Positions 29,607-41,291 of a stretch of 64,000 nt of DNA are shown here, piece by piece. Source of the stretch: an uncultured Methylomirabilota bacterium (GTDB lineage Bacteria; Methylomirabilota; Methylomirabilia; Methylomirabilales; 2-02-FULL-66-22); contig OY970067.1 in the NCBI GenBank assembly GCA_963705305.1, positions 2,688,001 to 2,752,000 on the forward strand. The letters run 5' to 3'. The translations under genes were made by a program, and so were the position numbers. The notes below the pieces were generated by a model that was given only the letters and a program-made list of their open reading frames with translations, was not told the DNA's origin and searched no databases. The stretch's first letter is position 1. The number at the start of each line of letters is the position of its first letter.

Positions 29607-30683
29607 ATGTCCACCTTGCTTGAGAAGCTCGCAGGCGTCGAGCAGCGATACGAAGAGGTTACAACCAGACTGTCCGAACCCGCCGTGCTGGCGGATCCGT
29701 CCGAGTACCAGCGCCTGGCCAAGACCCACGCCGAATTGAGCTCGGCGGTGGAGCAGTACCGGCGCCTCCTCAAGTTCCAGCGGGAGCTGGAGGAGGCCCG
29801 GATCCTGCTTCGCGAGGCCGCCGATCCGGAGATGCGCGAGCTGGCGGCCGCGGAGCTGGAATCCCTGCAGGCCAAGCAGGGCGAGCTGGAGGCCTCGCTG
29901 CAGCTCCTGCTCCTGCCGAAGGATCCGGCCGATGAACGGAACATCATCCTGGAGATCCGGGCGGGGGCCGGCGGCGAGGAAGCGGCGCTGTTCGCCGCCG
30001 AGCTGCTGCGGATGTACACGCGCTACGCCGAGGCCCAGCGCTGGAGGGTGGAGGTGGTCTCCACCAGCCTGACGGGAATCGGCGGGGTGAAGGAGGCCAT
30101 TCTCACCCTGGAGGGACGGGGCGCCTACAGCCGGCTCAAGTACGAAAGCGGCGTCCACCGGGTCCAGCGGGTTCCCAGCACGGAGGCCAGCGGGCGCATC
30201 CACACTTCCACCGTCACCGTGGCGGTCCTGCCCGAGGCGGAGGAGGTGGAGGTGGAGATCAACCCCAACGACCTGCGCATCGACGTCTTCCGCTCGACCG
30301 GCCCGGGGGGGCAGAGCGTGAACACCACCGACTCGGCCGTGCGCATCACCCACCTGCCGACGGGGCTGGTGGTGACCTGCCAGGACGAGAAGTCCCAGCA
30401 CAAGAACAAGGCCAAGGCGATGAAAGTCTTGCGGGCGCGGCTCTACGACATCGAAATGCGGCGCCAGAAAGAAGCCATCGACCGCGACCGGCGCAGCCAG
30501 GTGGGGAGCGGCGAGCGGGCCGAGAAGATCCGGACCTACAATTTCCCCCAGAACCGGGTGACGGACCACCGGATCGGCCTCACGCTGCACAGCCTAGTCA
30601 GCGTGCTGGAGGGGGATCTGGACGAGCTCATCCAAGCCCTCGCCACCTACGATCAGAGCGAGCGGCTGAAGGCGCTGGCATGA
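29607..30683 (+). CDS. prfA: Peptide chain release factor 1
   Basis: [11 protein letters not shown] (PxT), [24 protein letters not shown]. Confidence 0.98.
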   Translation: MSTLLEKLAGVEQRYEEVTTRLSEPAVLADPSEYQRLAKTHAELSSAVEQYRRLLKFQRELEEARILLREAADPEMRELAAAELESLQAKQGELEASLQLLLLPKDPADERNIILEIRAGAGGEEAALFAAELLRMYTRYAEAQRWRVEVVSTSLTGIGGVKEAILTLEGRGAYSRLKYESGVHRVQRVPSTEASGRIHTSTVTVAVLPEAEEVEVEINPNDLRIDVFRSTGPGGQSVNTTDSAVRITHLPTGLVVTCQDEKSQHKNKAKAMKVLRARLYDIEMRRQKEAIDRDRRSQVGSGERAEKIRTYNFPQNRVTDHRIGLTLHSLVSVLEGDLDELIQALATYDQSERLKALA

Positions 30684-31630
30684 CCCGCCTGCGCCTCCTC
30701 GAGCTTTCGGACCGTCTGTGCCGCCCGGCGCTCCCCGTGCCTGCGGCGGCGCTGCCGGACGTCGAAAGCGCCCTGGCCAAGGGGTCGCTGCTCCTGGAGC
30801 AGGCGGGGGTCGAGACCGCGCGGCTGGATGCCGAGTGTCTGCTGGCCGAGGTGTTGGCCTGCTCCCGCTGGCAACTGGTGCTGGAGCCGCGCCGGAGGCT
30901 CAGCCGGGAGGAGTTCGCCCGCTATCTGCGCCTCCTCCAGCGACGCGAGCAGCGCGAGCCCCTGGCCTACCTATTCGGCCGGCGCGAGTTCTGGTCGCTG
31001 AACTTCCTGGTGTGCCCGGGGGTGCTGGTCCCCCGTCCGGAGACCGAGACCCTGGTGGAGGCCGCCCTTGAGGCGTGCGCCGGGGCGGCCGGGGCGCGCC
31101 CGGTCATCATGGACCTCTGCACCGGCTCGGGTGCCGTGGCCGTGGCCCTGGCGCGGGAGCTGCCAGAGGCCAGCATCCTTGCCACGGACGTCTCGTGGCG
31201 GGCCCTCCGCATCGCGCGGGCCAACGCCAGAGCCCACGGCGTGGAGGGCCGCATCCTGTTTCTGCGGGGAGATCTCTGGCGGGCCCTGGGCGGCCATGAG
31301 CCGGCCGGAGGCGCCCATCTGATCGTAGCGAATCCCCCCTATGTTCCCTCGGAGGCGCTGGACGGCTTGATGCCCGAGGTGCGCTGGGAGCCGCGGCTGG
31401 CCCTGGATGGCGGCCCCGGCGGTCTGCGGGTCTTGCGGGAGATCGTCGCCGGGGCACCGGCGCACCTCCGGCCGGGAGGCGGCCTGCTGATGGAGATCGG
31501 CGCGGACCAGGGGGCGGCAGTGGTGGGGTGCCTAGAGGATGACGGCCGGTACGAGGCCTGCCGTGTCATCCGGGACCTGGCCGGACGCGACCGGGTGGTT
31601 GCGGCGCGGCGCCGGGCCGACGGAAATTGA
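30680..31630 (+). CDS. prmC: Release factor glutamine methyltransferase
   Basis: [25 protein letters not shown]. Confidence 0.96.
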   Translation: MTRLRLLELSDRLCRPALPVPAAALPDVESALAKGSLLLEQAGVETARLDAECLLAEVLACSRWQLVLEPRRRLSREEFARYLRLLQRREQREPLAYLFGRREFWSLNFLVCPGVLVPRPETETLVEAALEACAGAAGARPVIMDLCTGSGAVAVALARELPEASILATDVSWRALRIARANARAHGVEGRILFLRGDLWRALGGHEPAGGAHLIVANPPYVPSEALDGLMPEVRWEPRLALDGGPGGLRVLREIVAGAPAHLRPGGGLLMEIGADQGAAVVGCLEDDGRYEACRVIRDLAGRDRVVAARRRADGN

Positions 31631-31831
31631 AAATGAAATACCGACAACCGGCGACTGAACAACGGGGCAGCGGAGCGAGGGACCAGGGAAAGTGAAAATG
31701 GAAAACGGACGACCGACAACCGGACAACGGACCGGGGGACCGCGGTCATTGAAAAGGACGACGGGCAACCGGCAACTGGACAATGGGACGGATGACCGGT
31801 TATCTCTTGTCGGTTTTCAATTGTTCATTGC
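31624..31831. repeat. Heptad palindromic element, copy 6 (compound, degenerate)
   Basis: aaattgaaaatgaaataccgacaaccgg ... aaaatggaaaacggacgaccgacaaccgg ... gaccggttatctcttgtcggttttcaattgttcattg. Confidence 0.75.
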
Positions 31832-31850
31832 TCCTTGAGTGGGGCGTGCG

Positions 31851-33107
31851 ATGGACCGGCTGCTGATCCGAGGGGGACGACCACTGCGGGGCGAGGTGGA
31901 GGTGAGCGGGGCCAAGAATGCTGCCCTGCCGCTGATGGCCGCGGCGCTCCTCAGCGAGGAGCCGCTGGATCTCACCAACGTGCCCCGCCTGGTGGACGTG
32001 CGCACCACGCTGAAGCTGCTTCGGCATATGGGCGTCGAGGTGGCGGAGGAGGGAGGCACGTCCGTCAGGCTGCAGGCCCGGACGATCGCACGACCGGAGG
32101 CTCCCTACGACCTCGTGCGGACGATGCGCGCCTCGGTGGTCGTGCTGGGTCCCCTGCTGGCCCGCCTGGGGCGGGCCAGCGTCTCCCTGCCCGGCGGCTG
32201 CGCCATCGGACCGCGCCCCATCAACCTGCATCTCATGGGACTGGAGAAGCTGGGGGCCCGCATCCGCCTGAACGGGGGCTACGTGGAGGCGGAGGCGCGG
32301 GGCCTCACGGGTGCCCATATCATCTTCGATATCCAAACGGTCACCGGGACGGAGAACTTGATGATGGCCGCCGCCCTGGCCGAGGGCACGACCGTGCTGG
32401 AGAACGCCGCCTGCGAGCCCGAGGTGGAGGATCTGGCCAAGCTCCTGAACGGGATGGGAGCCAAGGTCGAAGGGGCCGGGACCACCACGATCACGATCCA
32501 CGGCGTTCCCCGCCTGTACGGGGCCGTGCACCGGATCATCCCCGATCGGATCGAAACCGGCACCTTCGCCCTGGCCGTCGCCATCTCGGGGGGTGACGTC
32601 ACGATCCGTGGATGCCGACCCGACCACCTGAAGGCGGTGATCGACAAGTTGCGGGAGGCGGGTGTACGGGTGGAAGTGGCGGAGGACACCCTCTCCGTCC
32701 GGGCCGCCGACCGACTGCGAGCCGTCAACGTTCGGACCCAGCCCTTCCCGGGGTTCGCCACCGATATGCAGGCCCAGATGATGGCCCTGATGACGGTGGC
32801 GGACGGGCGGAGCGTGATCACGGAGTCGGTCTTCGAGAACCGGTTCATGCACGTCAACGAGCTGTTGCGCCTCGGCGCGGACATCACCATCGCGGGCAAC
32901 ACGGCGGTGGTGCAGGGTGTCTCCGGCCTGGTAGCGGCCCCGGTGATGGCCACGGACCTGCGGGCCAGTGCCTCGCTGGTCCTGGCCGGCCTCGTGGCCA
33001 GGGGCACGACCGCGATCTCGCGGATCTACCATCTGGATCGGGGCTACGAGGCCATCGAGCGGAAGCTGTCGGCGCTGGGCGCCGATGTGGAGCGGGTGCG
33101 GGGATGA
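31851..33107 (+). CDS. murA: UDP-N-acetylglucosamine 1-carboxyvinyltransferase
   Basis: [34 protein letters not shown]. Confidence 0.98.
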   Translation: MDRLLIRGGRPLRGEVEVSGAKNAALPLMAAALLSEEPLDLTNVPRLVDVRTTLKLLRHMGVEVAEEGGTSVRLQARTIARPEAPYDLVRTMRASVVVLGPLLARLGRASVSLPGGCAIGPRPINLHLMGLEKLGARIRLNGGYVEAEARGLTGAHIIFDIQTVTGTENLMMAAALAEGTTVLENAACEPEVEDLAKLLNGMGAKVEGAGTTTITIHGVPRLYGAVHRIIPDRIETGTFALAVAISGGDVTIRGCRPDHLKAVIDKLREAGVRVEVAEDTLSVRAADRLRAVNVRTQPFPGFATDMQAQMMALMTVADGRSVITESVFENRFMHVNELLRLGADITIAGNTAVVQGVSGLVAAPVMATDLRASASLVLAGLVARGTTAISRIYHLDRGYEAIERKLSALGADVERVRG

Positions 33108-33798
33108 CGGCGGGGGAGTCGTCGGACCGGGCGGGAAACACGGACGACCCGATCGCGGTGGCGGTGCCCAAGGGGCGGCTCTTCCCCAGCACCCTTCGCC
33201 TCTTTGCCGGATTGGGGATCGCGGCCCTGGAGGGGCTGGCGGACTCGCGGCGGCTGATCGCGGAGGACCCGGCCCGCGACCTGCGCTTCCTGGCGCTCAA
33301 GCCGGTGGACATCCCAACCTATGTAGAGCATGGGGCCGCCGACATGGGGATCGTGGGGAAGGATCTCTTGCTGGAGCAGGGACGGGACGTGTACGAACCC
33401 CTGGATCTCGGGTTTGGGGCCTGTCGGCTGATCGTGGCCGAGCCGGCGCATCTGCGCCTGCACGACGACCCCGCGGTCTGGACCTGTCTCCGGGTGGCCA
33501 CCAAGTACCCCCGGCTGGCCGAGCGGCACTTCAGCCAGAAGGGGGTGCAGGTGGAGATCGTCCACCTGTCCGGCTCTGTCGAGCTGGCCCCGGCCATGGG
33601 CTTGGCCGAGCGGATCGTGGATCTGGTGGATACGGGCCGCACGCTCAAGGAGAATGGCCTGGTCGAGGTGGAGGAGATCCTTCGGGCCAGCGCCCGCCTG
33701 ATCGTCAACCGCGCCAGCCTGAGGACCCGATATGCAGCCATCCAGCGGGTGATCGAAGCGCTGCGCAGCGCACGCGGCGCGTCCACAGGAGGCGGACG

Positions 33799-33811
<13 letters not shown>
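33104..33811 (+). CDS. hisG: ATP phosphoribosyltransferase, short form
   Basis: [46 protein letters not shown]; no C-terminal regulatory domain. Confidence 0.95.
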
Positions 33812-35091
<1,280 letters not shown>

Positions 35092-35095
<4 letters not shown>

Positions 35096-36204
35096 CCCTC
35101 GATCCCTGCTCGCTCATCCGCCCCGAGGTTCGAGCCCTCGCGGCCTACCAGGCGGCCGTGGAGCCCGATCCGAATCGGCGGGCGAAGCTGGACGCCAACG
35201 AGAGCCCGTTCGCGCTTGGCGAGTCGATCCGCGGTGCCGTCACCCAGGAGCTGGCCGCGGCTCTGCGCGACGTGGAGCTTCACCGCTATCCCGATCCGGA
35301 GGCGCGCGAGCTGCGCCGGCTGCTGGCGCGGGAGCTGGGGGTGGAGCCGGCCGAGCTCCTGGTCACCAACGGCTCGGACGAGGGGATCCAGCTCTTGCTG
35401 GTGGCGGTGGCCGGTCCGGGCGTGACGGTCCTATCCCCGGCGCCGACATTCGTGATGTACGAGCTGGGGGCGCGCGCACTGGGCCTGCGGTACGTCGGCG
35501 TGCCGACGGATGCCGAATTCCTCCTGGACGCCGACACGCTGTGCGCAGCCATCCGGCGGGAGCAGCCGCGGCTGGTTTTCCTGGCCTGGCCCAACAATCC
35601 CACGGGGCGGCTGCTCCCCGGGCCGGTGGTCGAGGCCGTGCTCCGGGCCTGCAGCGGGGAGGCGACGCCGGCCCTGGTGGTCGTGGACGAGGCGTACTTT
35701 CAGTACGCGGGCGTCAGCTTCCTCCCGCGCCTGCGCGAATATCCCCACCTGGTGGTCCTGCGGACCCTGTCCAAGATCGGCCTAGCGGGCATCCGATTGG
35801 GGATGCTCGTCGCCCAGGGGCCCCTGATCGCGGAGATCAACAAGGTCCGCAGCCCGTACAATGTCAATGCCCTCAGCCAGGCGGTCGGCCGGGTGGTGCT
35901 GGCGCATGCGGACCTGATCCGGCGGAACGCGGAGCGGATCGTCGCGGAGCGTGAGCGGATGCTGGCCGAGCTCCGTGCGCTGCCGGGCGTCACGGTCTTC
36001 CCCAGCCAGGCCAACTTCTTCCTCGTGCGGACGGATCGGCCCGGGGACGAGGTGCACCAGGCCCTGCTGGCGCGGGGCGTCCTGGTGCGCAACTTCTCGC
36101 ACGCCCCCCATCTGGCCAACTGCCTGCGGGTCACCGTGGGCGCGGCCGAGGAGAACGAGGCCTTCCTTTCCGCTCTGCGCGCCGTCCTCGGCGCGGGGAG
36201 GTGA
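35092..36204 (+). CDS. hisC: Histidinol-phosphate aminotransferase
   Basis: KLDANESP, NGSDE, PNNPTG, DEAY, LRTLSKIGLAGIRLG. Confidence 0.96.
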
Positions 36205-36205
36205 C

Positions 36206-36799
36206 ATGGCCCGATCCGCCGACGTAACACGCACGACCACCGAAACGGACATCCGGATCAGCCTGGAGCTGGACGGCCGCGGCGAGCACCGGATCGATAC
36301 GGGGATTCCCTTCCTGGACCACATGCTGGCCCAGGTGGCCCGCCACGCCCGATTTGACCTGGCGCTTCAGGCGCGCGGGGATCTGGCCGTGGACTACCAC
36401 CACACCGTGGAGGACATCGGCATCGCGCTGGGAGAGGCGGTGGCGAAGGCGCTGGGGGACAAGGCGGGAATTGTTCGGTACGGAGCGGCCCGCGTCCCCA
36501 TGGATGATTCGCTGGCGGCCGTGGTCGTGGACCTGAGCGGGCGGCCCTTCCTGGTCTTTCAGGCCCCCCAGCTCCGGGGGCGGGTGGGCGATTTCGACGT
36601 GGACCTGGCGCGGGAGTTCTTCCAGGGCCTGGCGAGCCACCTGCGAGCCACCATCCACGTGCAGGTGGAGTACGGGCAGAATCTCCACCACATGGTCGAA
36701 GCGGCCTTCAAGGCGCTGGGCCGCGCGCTGGATCAGGCGGTGCGTCCGGACCCCCGCCTGCAGGGGGCGGCTCCGTCCACCAAGGGAAGCCTGGCCTGA
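36206..36799 (+). CDS. hisB: Imidazoleglycerol-phosphate dehydratase
   Basis: FLDHML, HHTVED, HHMVEA, PSTKG. Confidence 0.97.
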   Translation: MARSADVTRTTTETDIRISLELDGRGEHRIDTGIPFLDHMLAQVARHARFDLALQARGDLAVDYHHTVEDIGIALGEAVAKALGDKAGIVRYGAARVPMDDSLAAVVVDLSGRPFLVFQAPQLRGRVGDFDVDLAREFFQGLASHLRATIHVQVEYGQNLHHMVEAAFKALGRALDQAVRPDPRLQGAAPSTKGSLA

Positions 36800-36800
36800 G

Positions 36801-37436
36801 ATGATCGCCATCATCGATTCCGGCATCGCCAACCTGCGGAGCGTGGAGAAGGGGTTCGCACGGGTGGGGGCCCAGGCGATCGTGGTCGAGGACCCGCGGA
36901 ACTTGGCGGAGGCGTCCGGCATCGTCCTTCCGGGCGTGGGGGCCTTTGCCGATGGGATCGCCAAGCTTCGGGCCCACGGCTTCGTCGAGGCGCTGTTGCG
37001 CGAGATCGAGCGGGGCAAGCCCGTGCTGGGAATCTGCCTGGGCCTCCATTTCCTGTTCTCGGAGAGCGAGGAGTTCGGCCTCCACACGGGGATGAATATC
37101 CTCCCCGGGCGAGTCCGGCGGTTCCCGGACAACGTCCCCGATCCGTCGGTCCTCGGCATGCGCCTGAAGGTGCCCCATATGGGATGGAACCGCGTTCACC
37201 TGGAGCGCCCGGTGCCGCTCTTCGCCGGCCTCCCCGAGGATCCGTACTTTTACTTCGTGCATTCCTACTACGTCGAGCCGGCGGACCCGGGCGTCGTCGC
37301 GGGGGTCACGGACTACGGGATCCGCTTCACGTCCGCCATCTGGCGCGAGAACCTCTTTGCGACGCAGTTTCACCCGGAGAAGAGCCAGGCGTTGGGCCTC
37401 AAGGTCCTGGCCAATTTTGCCGCCCTGGCGAGGTGA
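36801..37436 (+). CDS. hisH: Imidazole glycerol phosphate synthase, glutaminase subunit
   Basis: LPGVGAF, GICLG, PHMGWN, QFHPEKS. Confidence 0.97.
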   Translation: MIAIIDSGIANLRSVEKGFARVGAQAIVVEDPRNLAEASGIVLPGVGAFADGIAKLRAHGFVEALLREIERGKPVLGICLGLHFLFSESEEFGLHTGMNILPGRVRRFPDNVPDPSVLGMRLKVPHMGWNRVHLERPVPLFAGLPEDPYFYFVHSYYVEPADPGVVAGVTDYGIRFTSAIWRENLFATQFHPEKSQALGLKVLANFAALAR

Positions 37437-37515
37437 CGAGCGCGAGTGGGGTCGGCGGGGGCGCCGGTTCGGCGATCCGAGGGACCCCGTTCGAACAGAT
37501 TCGGAGAGCCGCCCC

Positions 37516-38247
37516 ATGGAGATCATTCCCGCCATCGACCTGCGCGGGGGACGCGTTGTCCGGCTGATCCAGGGGGATCCCGCGCGCGAGACCCGGTATG
37601 CGGCCGACGCGGGAGCCGTGGCGGAGGAGTGGGAGCGGATTGGCGCCCGGCGCTTGCACGTGGTGGATCTGGACGGGGCGCTGCTCGGGACCCCGGCCAA
37701 TCACGCCGCGCTGCAGGCGATCCTGCGGCGAATTCAGATCCCGGTCCAAGTGGGGGGCGGCCTGCGGACGCTGGAAGCGGTGAGCGCGGTCCTGGACCTG
37801 GGGGCGGCGGCGGCCGTCCTGGGCACCGCGGCCATCCGGGATCCCGACTTTCTCCGGCAGGCATGCGAGGTCTTTCCCCAGCGCGTGGCGCTCGGCCTGG
37901 ATGCGCGCAATGGCCTGCTGGCCGTTGCGGGATGGGCCGAGGCCTCCGGGGTGAGGGCGGTGGACCTGGCCCGCCGGCTCGGCGCGCTGCCCGTGTCGGC
38001 TATCATCTACACGGATATCGCCCGCGACGGCATGCTCGAGGGACCGGATCTGGATGGGCTGGGCAGCCTCACCGCCGCCACCCCCATCCCGGTGATCGCG
38101 TCGGGGGGGATCGGCTGCGTGGAACACATCCGGGCGCTGAAGCGCCTGGAGGCCGCAGGCGTCACGGCGGCCATCGTGGGCAAGGCGCTCTATGACGGAC
38201 GACTGACCCTGCAGGCGGCCCTGGCCGCCGGACGCGAGGCATGCTAG
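37516..38247 (+). CDS. hisA: ProFAR isomerase
   Basis: [29 protein letters not shown]. Confidence 0.97.
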   Translation: MEIIPAIDLRGGRVVRLIQGDPARETRYAADAGAVAEEWERIGARRLHVVDLDGALLGTPANHAALQAILRRIQIPVQVGGGLRTLEAVSAVLDLGAAAAVLGTAAIRDPDFLRQACEVFPQRVALGLDARNGLLAVAGWAEASGVRAVDLARRLGALPVSAIIYTDIARDGMLEGPDLDGLGSLTAATPIPVIASGGIGCVEHIRALKRLEAAGVTAAIVGKALYDGRLTLQAALAAGREAC

Positions 38248-39056
38248 CCAAGCGCATCATTCCCTGTCTGGACGTCAAGGAAGGCCGCGTCGTCAAGGGA
38301 ACCCAGTTCGTGAACCTCCGCGACGCCGGCGATCCGGTGGAGGTGGCGGCCCTCTACGACCGCCAGGGGGCCGACGAGCTGGTCTTCCTGGACATCACGG
38401 CCTCGTTCGAGCGGCGACGCATCATGATCGATGTGGTGGCGCGGACGGCGGATCAGGCCTTCATGCCCCTCACCGTCGGCGGGGGCATCCGGACCCTGGA
38501 GGACATCCGCGATCTGCTCAAGGCGGGCGCCGACAAGGTCTCGCTGAACACAGCGGCCGTGCAGCAGCCGGAGCTGATCCGCCGAGCCGCCGAGCGGTTC
38601 GGCAGCCAGTGCATCGTCCTGGCCATCGACGCGAAGTCCCGGGCGTCGATCCCGACGCCGAAAGCCGAGGCCGTCTCGTCTGAGCGCGCGGCTCGCCCCC
38701 TGCCAGCCGCCTGGGAGGTGTACATCCACGGGGGGCGCACGCCCACCGGCAAGGATGCGGTGGCGTGGGCGATCGAGGGCCAGCGTCTGGGCGCCGGCGA
38801 GATCCTCCTGACCAGCATGGACCGGGACGGCACCAAGGACGGGTATGACCTCATGCTGACACGCGCCATCGCCGAGGCGGTGGGGATCCCCGTCATCGCC
38901 TCGGGCGGGGCCGGGACATTGGAGCATCTCCGCCAGGGACTGGTGGAGGGGCGGGCCGATGCGGTGCTGGCGGCGTCCATGTTTCACTATCGCGAGGTGA
39001 CGATCCCGGAGGTGAAGTGCTACCTGGCGGAGCGGGGAGTGCCGGTCCGCCTGTAG
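38241..39056 (+). CDS. hisF: Imidazole glycerol phosphate synthase, cyclase subunit
   Basis: [40 protein letters not shown]. Confidence 0.97.
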   Translation: MLAKRIIPCLDVKEGRVVKGTQFVNLRDAGDPVEVAALYDRQGADELVFLDITASFERRRIMIDVVARTADQAFMPLTVGGGIRTLEDIRDLLKAGADKVSLNTAAVQQPELIRRAAERFGSQCIVLAIDAKSRASIPTPKAEAVSSERAARPLPAAWEVYIHGGRTPTGKDAVAWAIEGQRLGAGEILLTSMDRDGTKDGYDLMLTRAIAEAVGIPVIASGGAGTLEHLRQGLVEGRADAVLAASMFHYREVTIPEVKCYLAERGVPVRL

Positions 39057-39116
39057 TCTGCCAGCATTGTGCCGGGCTCTGGCGGCCTGGCGGGCCGCAG
39101 AGGACGGGAGGAGACC

Positions 39117-39599
39117 ATGGAATTCCAGGCGGTCAAGATCGAGACCCCGGACGGGGCGAACATCATCCTCGGCCAGAGCCACTTCATCAAGACGGTGGAG
39201 GACCTGTACGAGATCCTGGTCTCCGCCGTCCCCGGGGCGAAATTCGGAATTGCCTTCTGCGAGTCCTCGGGTCCGTGCCTGATTCGATCTGCGGGCACCG
39301 ACGACGAGCTCCGGCAGGCGGCGATCCGCAACGCCCAGGCTGTGGCGGCCGGCCACGTGTTCGTCGTGATCATGAAAGATGCCTATCCGATCAATGTCCT
39401 GAACGCGGTGAAGCTGTGCCAGGAGGTCTGCGGCATCTACTGCGCCTCGGCCAATCCCATCCAGGTGATCGTCGCGACCACCGACCAAGGACGCGGCGTC
39501 ATGGGGGTCGTGGATGGGCTGCCGCCACAAGGGGTGGAGACGGCGGCGGATGCGGCCGTGTGCAAGGACTTCCTGCGCAAGATCGGGTACAAGCTCTGA
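39117..39599 (+). CDS. Adenosine-specific kinase family protein (DUF355)
   Basis: NIILGQSHFIKTVEDLYE, FGIAFCESSG, AGHVF, RGVMGVVDG, LRKIGYK. Confidence 0.88.
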   Translation: MEFQAVKIETPDGANIILGQSHFIKTVEDLYEILVSAVPGAKFGIAFCESSGPCLIRSAGTDDELRQAAIRNAQAVAAGHVFVVIMKDAYPINVLNAVKLCQEVCGIYCASANPIQVIVATTDQGRGVMGVVDGLPPQGVETAADAAVCKDFLRKIGYKL

Positions 39600-39658
39600 C
39601 GGGCTGCGGACGATCGTGCCGCCGGGTGGGTTCCCCGCGCGGATGAAAGGGACCGACT

Positions 39659-40405
39659 GTGGAGATGCGCATCCCTGCCGACCTTCGCTTCGACGCCAGC
39701 GGCCTGATCCCGGCCATCGCCCAGGATGCGGAGGATGGCCAGGTGCTGATGCACGCCTACATGGACCGCGAGGCATTGTCGCGGACCCTGGAGACCGGCC
39801 TGGCCCACTATTACAGCCGATCCAGGCGCCGGCTGTGGCAGAAGGGGGAGGAGTCGGGCCACGTGCAGCGGGTCCGCGCGATCCTGTACGACTGCGACGC
39901 GGACACGCTGCTCCTCAAGGTGGAGCAGGTCGTCGCGGCCTGCCACACCGGGCACCGCTCCTGCTTCTATCGCCAGCTGTCCGCACCGGGCGGGACGCCG
40001 GCCGAGGCACCGGAGCGACGATTCGACCCGGCGGCGGTCTATGCGGGATTGGGCATACTCGCCGAGGTGTTCGGGGTCATCCAGGATCGGAAGCGTCGCC
40101 GGCCGGAAGGGTCGTACGTCGCATCATTGTTCGCCAAGGGCCCGGACCAGGTCCTGAAGAAGGTCGGCGAGGAGGCCGCCGAGGTCCTGCTGGCCTCCAA
40201 GAGCGAGGACCGGGGCCAGATCATCTACGAGATGGCCGATCTCTGGTTCCACAGCCTGGTCCTGCTGGCGCAGTACGGCATCCGGCCGGAGGAGATCGCG
40301 CAGGAGCTGGGCCGGCGAGTCGGCAAAGCCAAGTCAGAATACGGCCCGTCCCGAGCCGATGGCCCCGGGGCGGACGCGACGGGGGCCGATCGCCAAAGCA
40401 GTTGA
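39659..40405 (+). CDS. hisIE: Bifunctional phosphoribosyl-AMP cyclohydrolase / phosphoribosyl-ATP pyrophosphatase
   Basis: YSRSR, KGEESG, DCDAD, ACHTG..SCF, KKVGEE, EMADL. Confidence 0.96.
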   Translation: MEMRIPADLRFDASGLIPAIAQDAEDGQVLMHAYMDREALSRTLETGLAHYYSRSRRRLWQKGEESGHVQRVRAILYDCDADTLLLKVEQVVAACHTGHRSCFYRQLSAPGGTPAEAPERRFDPAAVYAGLGILAEVFGVIQDRKRRRPEGSYVASLFAKGPDQVLKKVGEEAAEVLLASKSEDRGQIIYEMADLWFHSLVLLAQYGIRPEEIAQELGRRVGKAKSEYGPSRADGPGADATGADRQSS

Positions 40406-40430
40406 CAAGCTGACCCGTCAGGGATATGCT
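40402..40430 (+). promoter_or_regulatory. Sigma70 promoter of rpsU operon
   Basis: TTGACA-17 bp-TATGCT. Confidence 0.75.
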
Positions 40431-40507
40431 AAATCGTTATATTTCAAAGCTTTTTTCAATCTCAACCGATCGGCACTATTGTCACGGCGCAAAGGGGGTG
40501 TGACTGG

Positions 40508-40705
40508 ATGCCTAGCGTGACGGTGAAGGAAGACGAGTCCTTCGAAAGCGCGCTACGCCGCTTCAAGAAGCAGTGCGAGAAAGCCGGGGTGCTCTCCGAG
40601 CTCCGCAAGCGTGAGCACTACGAAAAGCCCAGCGTTCGCAAGAAGAAGAAGATGCTGGCAGCGCGCAAGAAGGCGGCCAAGCGCATGCGCATGGTGCAAG
40701 AGTAG
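40508..40705 (+). CDS. rpsU: 30S ribosomal protein S21
   Basis: [15 protein letters not shown]. Confidence 0.97.
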   Translation: MPSVTVKEDESFESALRRFKKQCEKAGVLSELRKREHYEKPSVRKKKKMLAARKKAAKRMRMVQE

Positions 40706-40709
40706 CCCG

Positions 40710-41159
40710 GTGGACCTCAAAGCGCAGCTCCAGGAGGATCTCAAGTCAGCGTTGCGGTCTGGCGACAAGCTTTGCGTGTCGGTCATCCGGCTTCTCAGCG
40801 CGATGATCAAGAACCGCGAGGTGGAGAAGCGGGGCGCCCTGACGGACGCGGAGGTGATCCAGGCCATCTCGTCTTCGTGCAAGCAGCGGCAGGATTCCAT
40901 CGAGCAGTTTGGCCAGGGCGGACGGCAGGATCTGGTGGACAAGGAATCGGCGGAGCTCCGCATCCTGCAGTCCTATCTCCCCGCGCCGCTGTCTCCGGAA
41001 GAGCTCCAGACGATGGTGCAGGAGGCTGTTCAAGAGGCCCAGGCGACCTCTCCCAAGGAGATGGGCAAGGTCATGGCCGTGCTGATGCCGAAGATCGCCG
41101 GTCGGGCGGACGGGAAGGTGGCCAGCACCTTGGTGCGCGAGGTCCTCTCCAAGAGCTGA
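40710..41159 (+). CDS. GatB/YqeY domain protein
   Basis: KQRQDSIEQF, GRQDL, KEMGKVM, GRADG; follows rpsU. Confidence 0.92.
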   Translation: MDLKAQLQEDLKSALRSGDKLCVSVIRLLSAMIKNREVEKRGALTDAEVIQAISSSCKQRQDSIEQFGQGGRQDLVDKESAELRILQSYLPAPLSPEELQTMVQEAVQEAQATSPKEMGKVMAVLMPKIAGRADGKVASTLVREVLSKS

Positions 41160-41228
41160 GGATCGCTGGATGACGAGTGATCCTGGGCCGGGGGGTATGG
41201 GCCGGCCCGGCGAGGTCAGCGGACGAAC

Positions 41229-41266
41229 GCAAGGGACTCGGCAACGAGTCCCTTGCACTTTTTTTT
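41229..41266 (+). terminator. Intrinsic terminator after rpsU-yqeY
   Basis: GCAAGGGACTCG-GCAA-CGAGTCCCTTGC plus T8. Confidence 0.9.
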
Positions 41267-41291
41267 GCAGGCTACTAGCGGGTCGGAGGTC

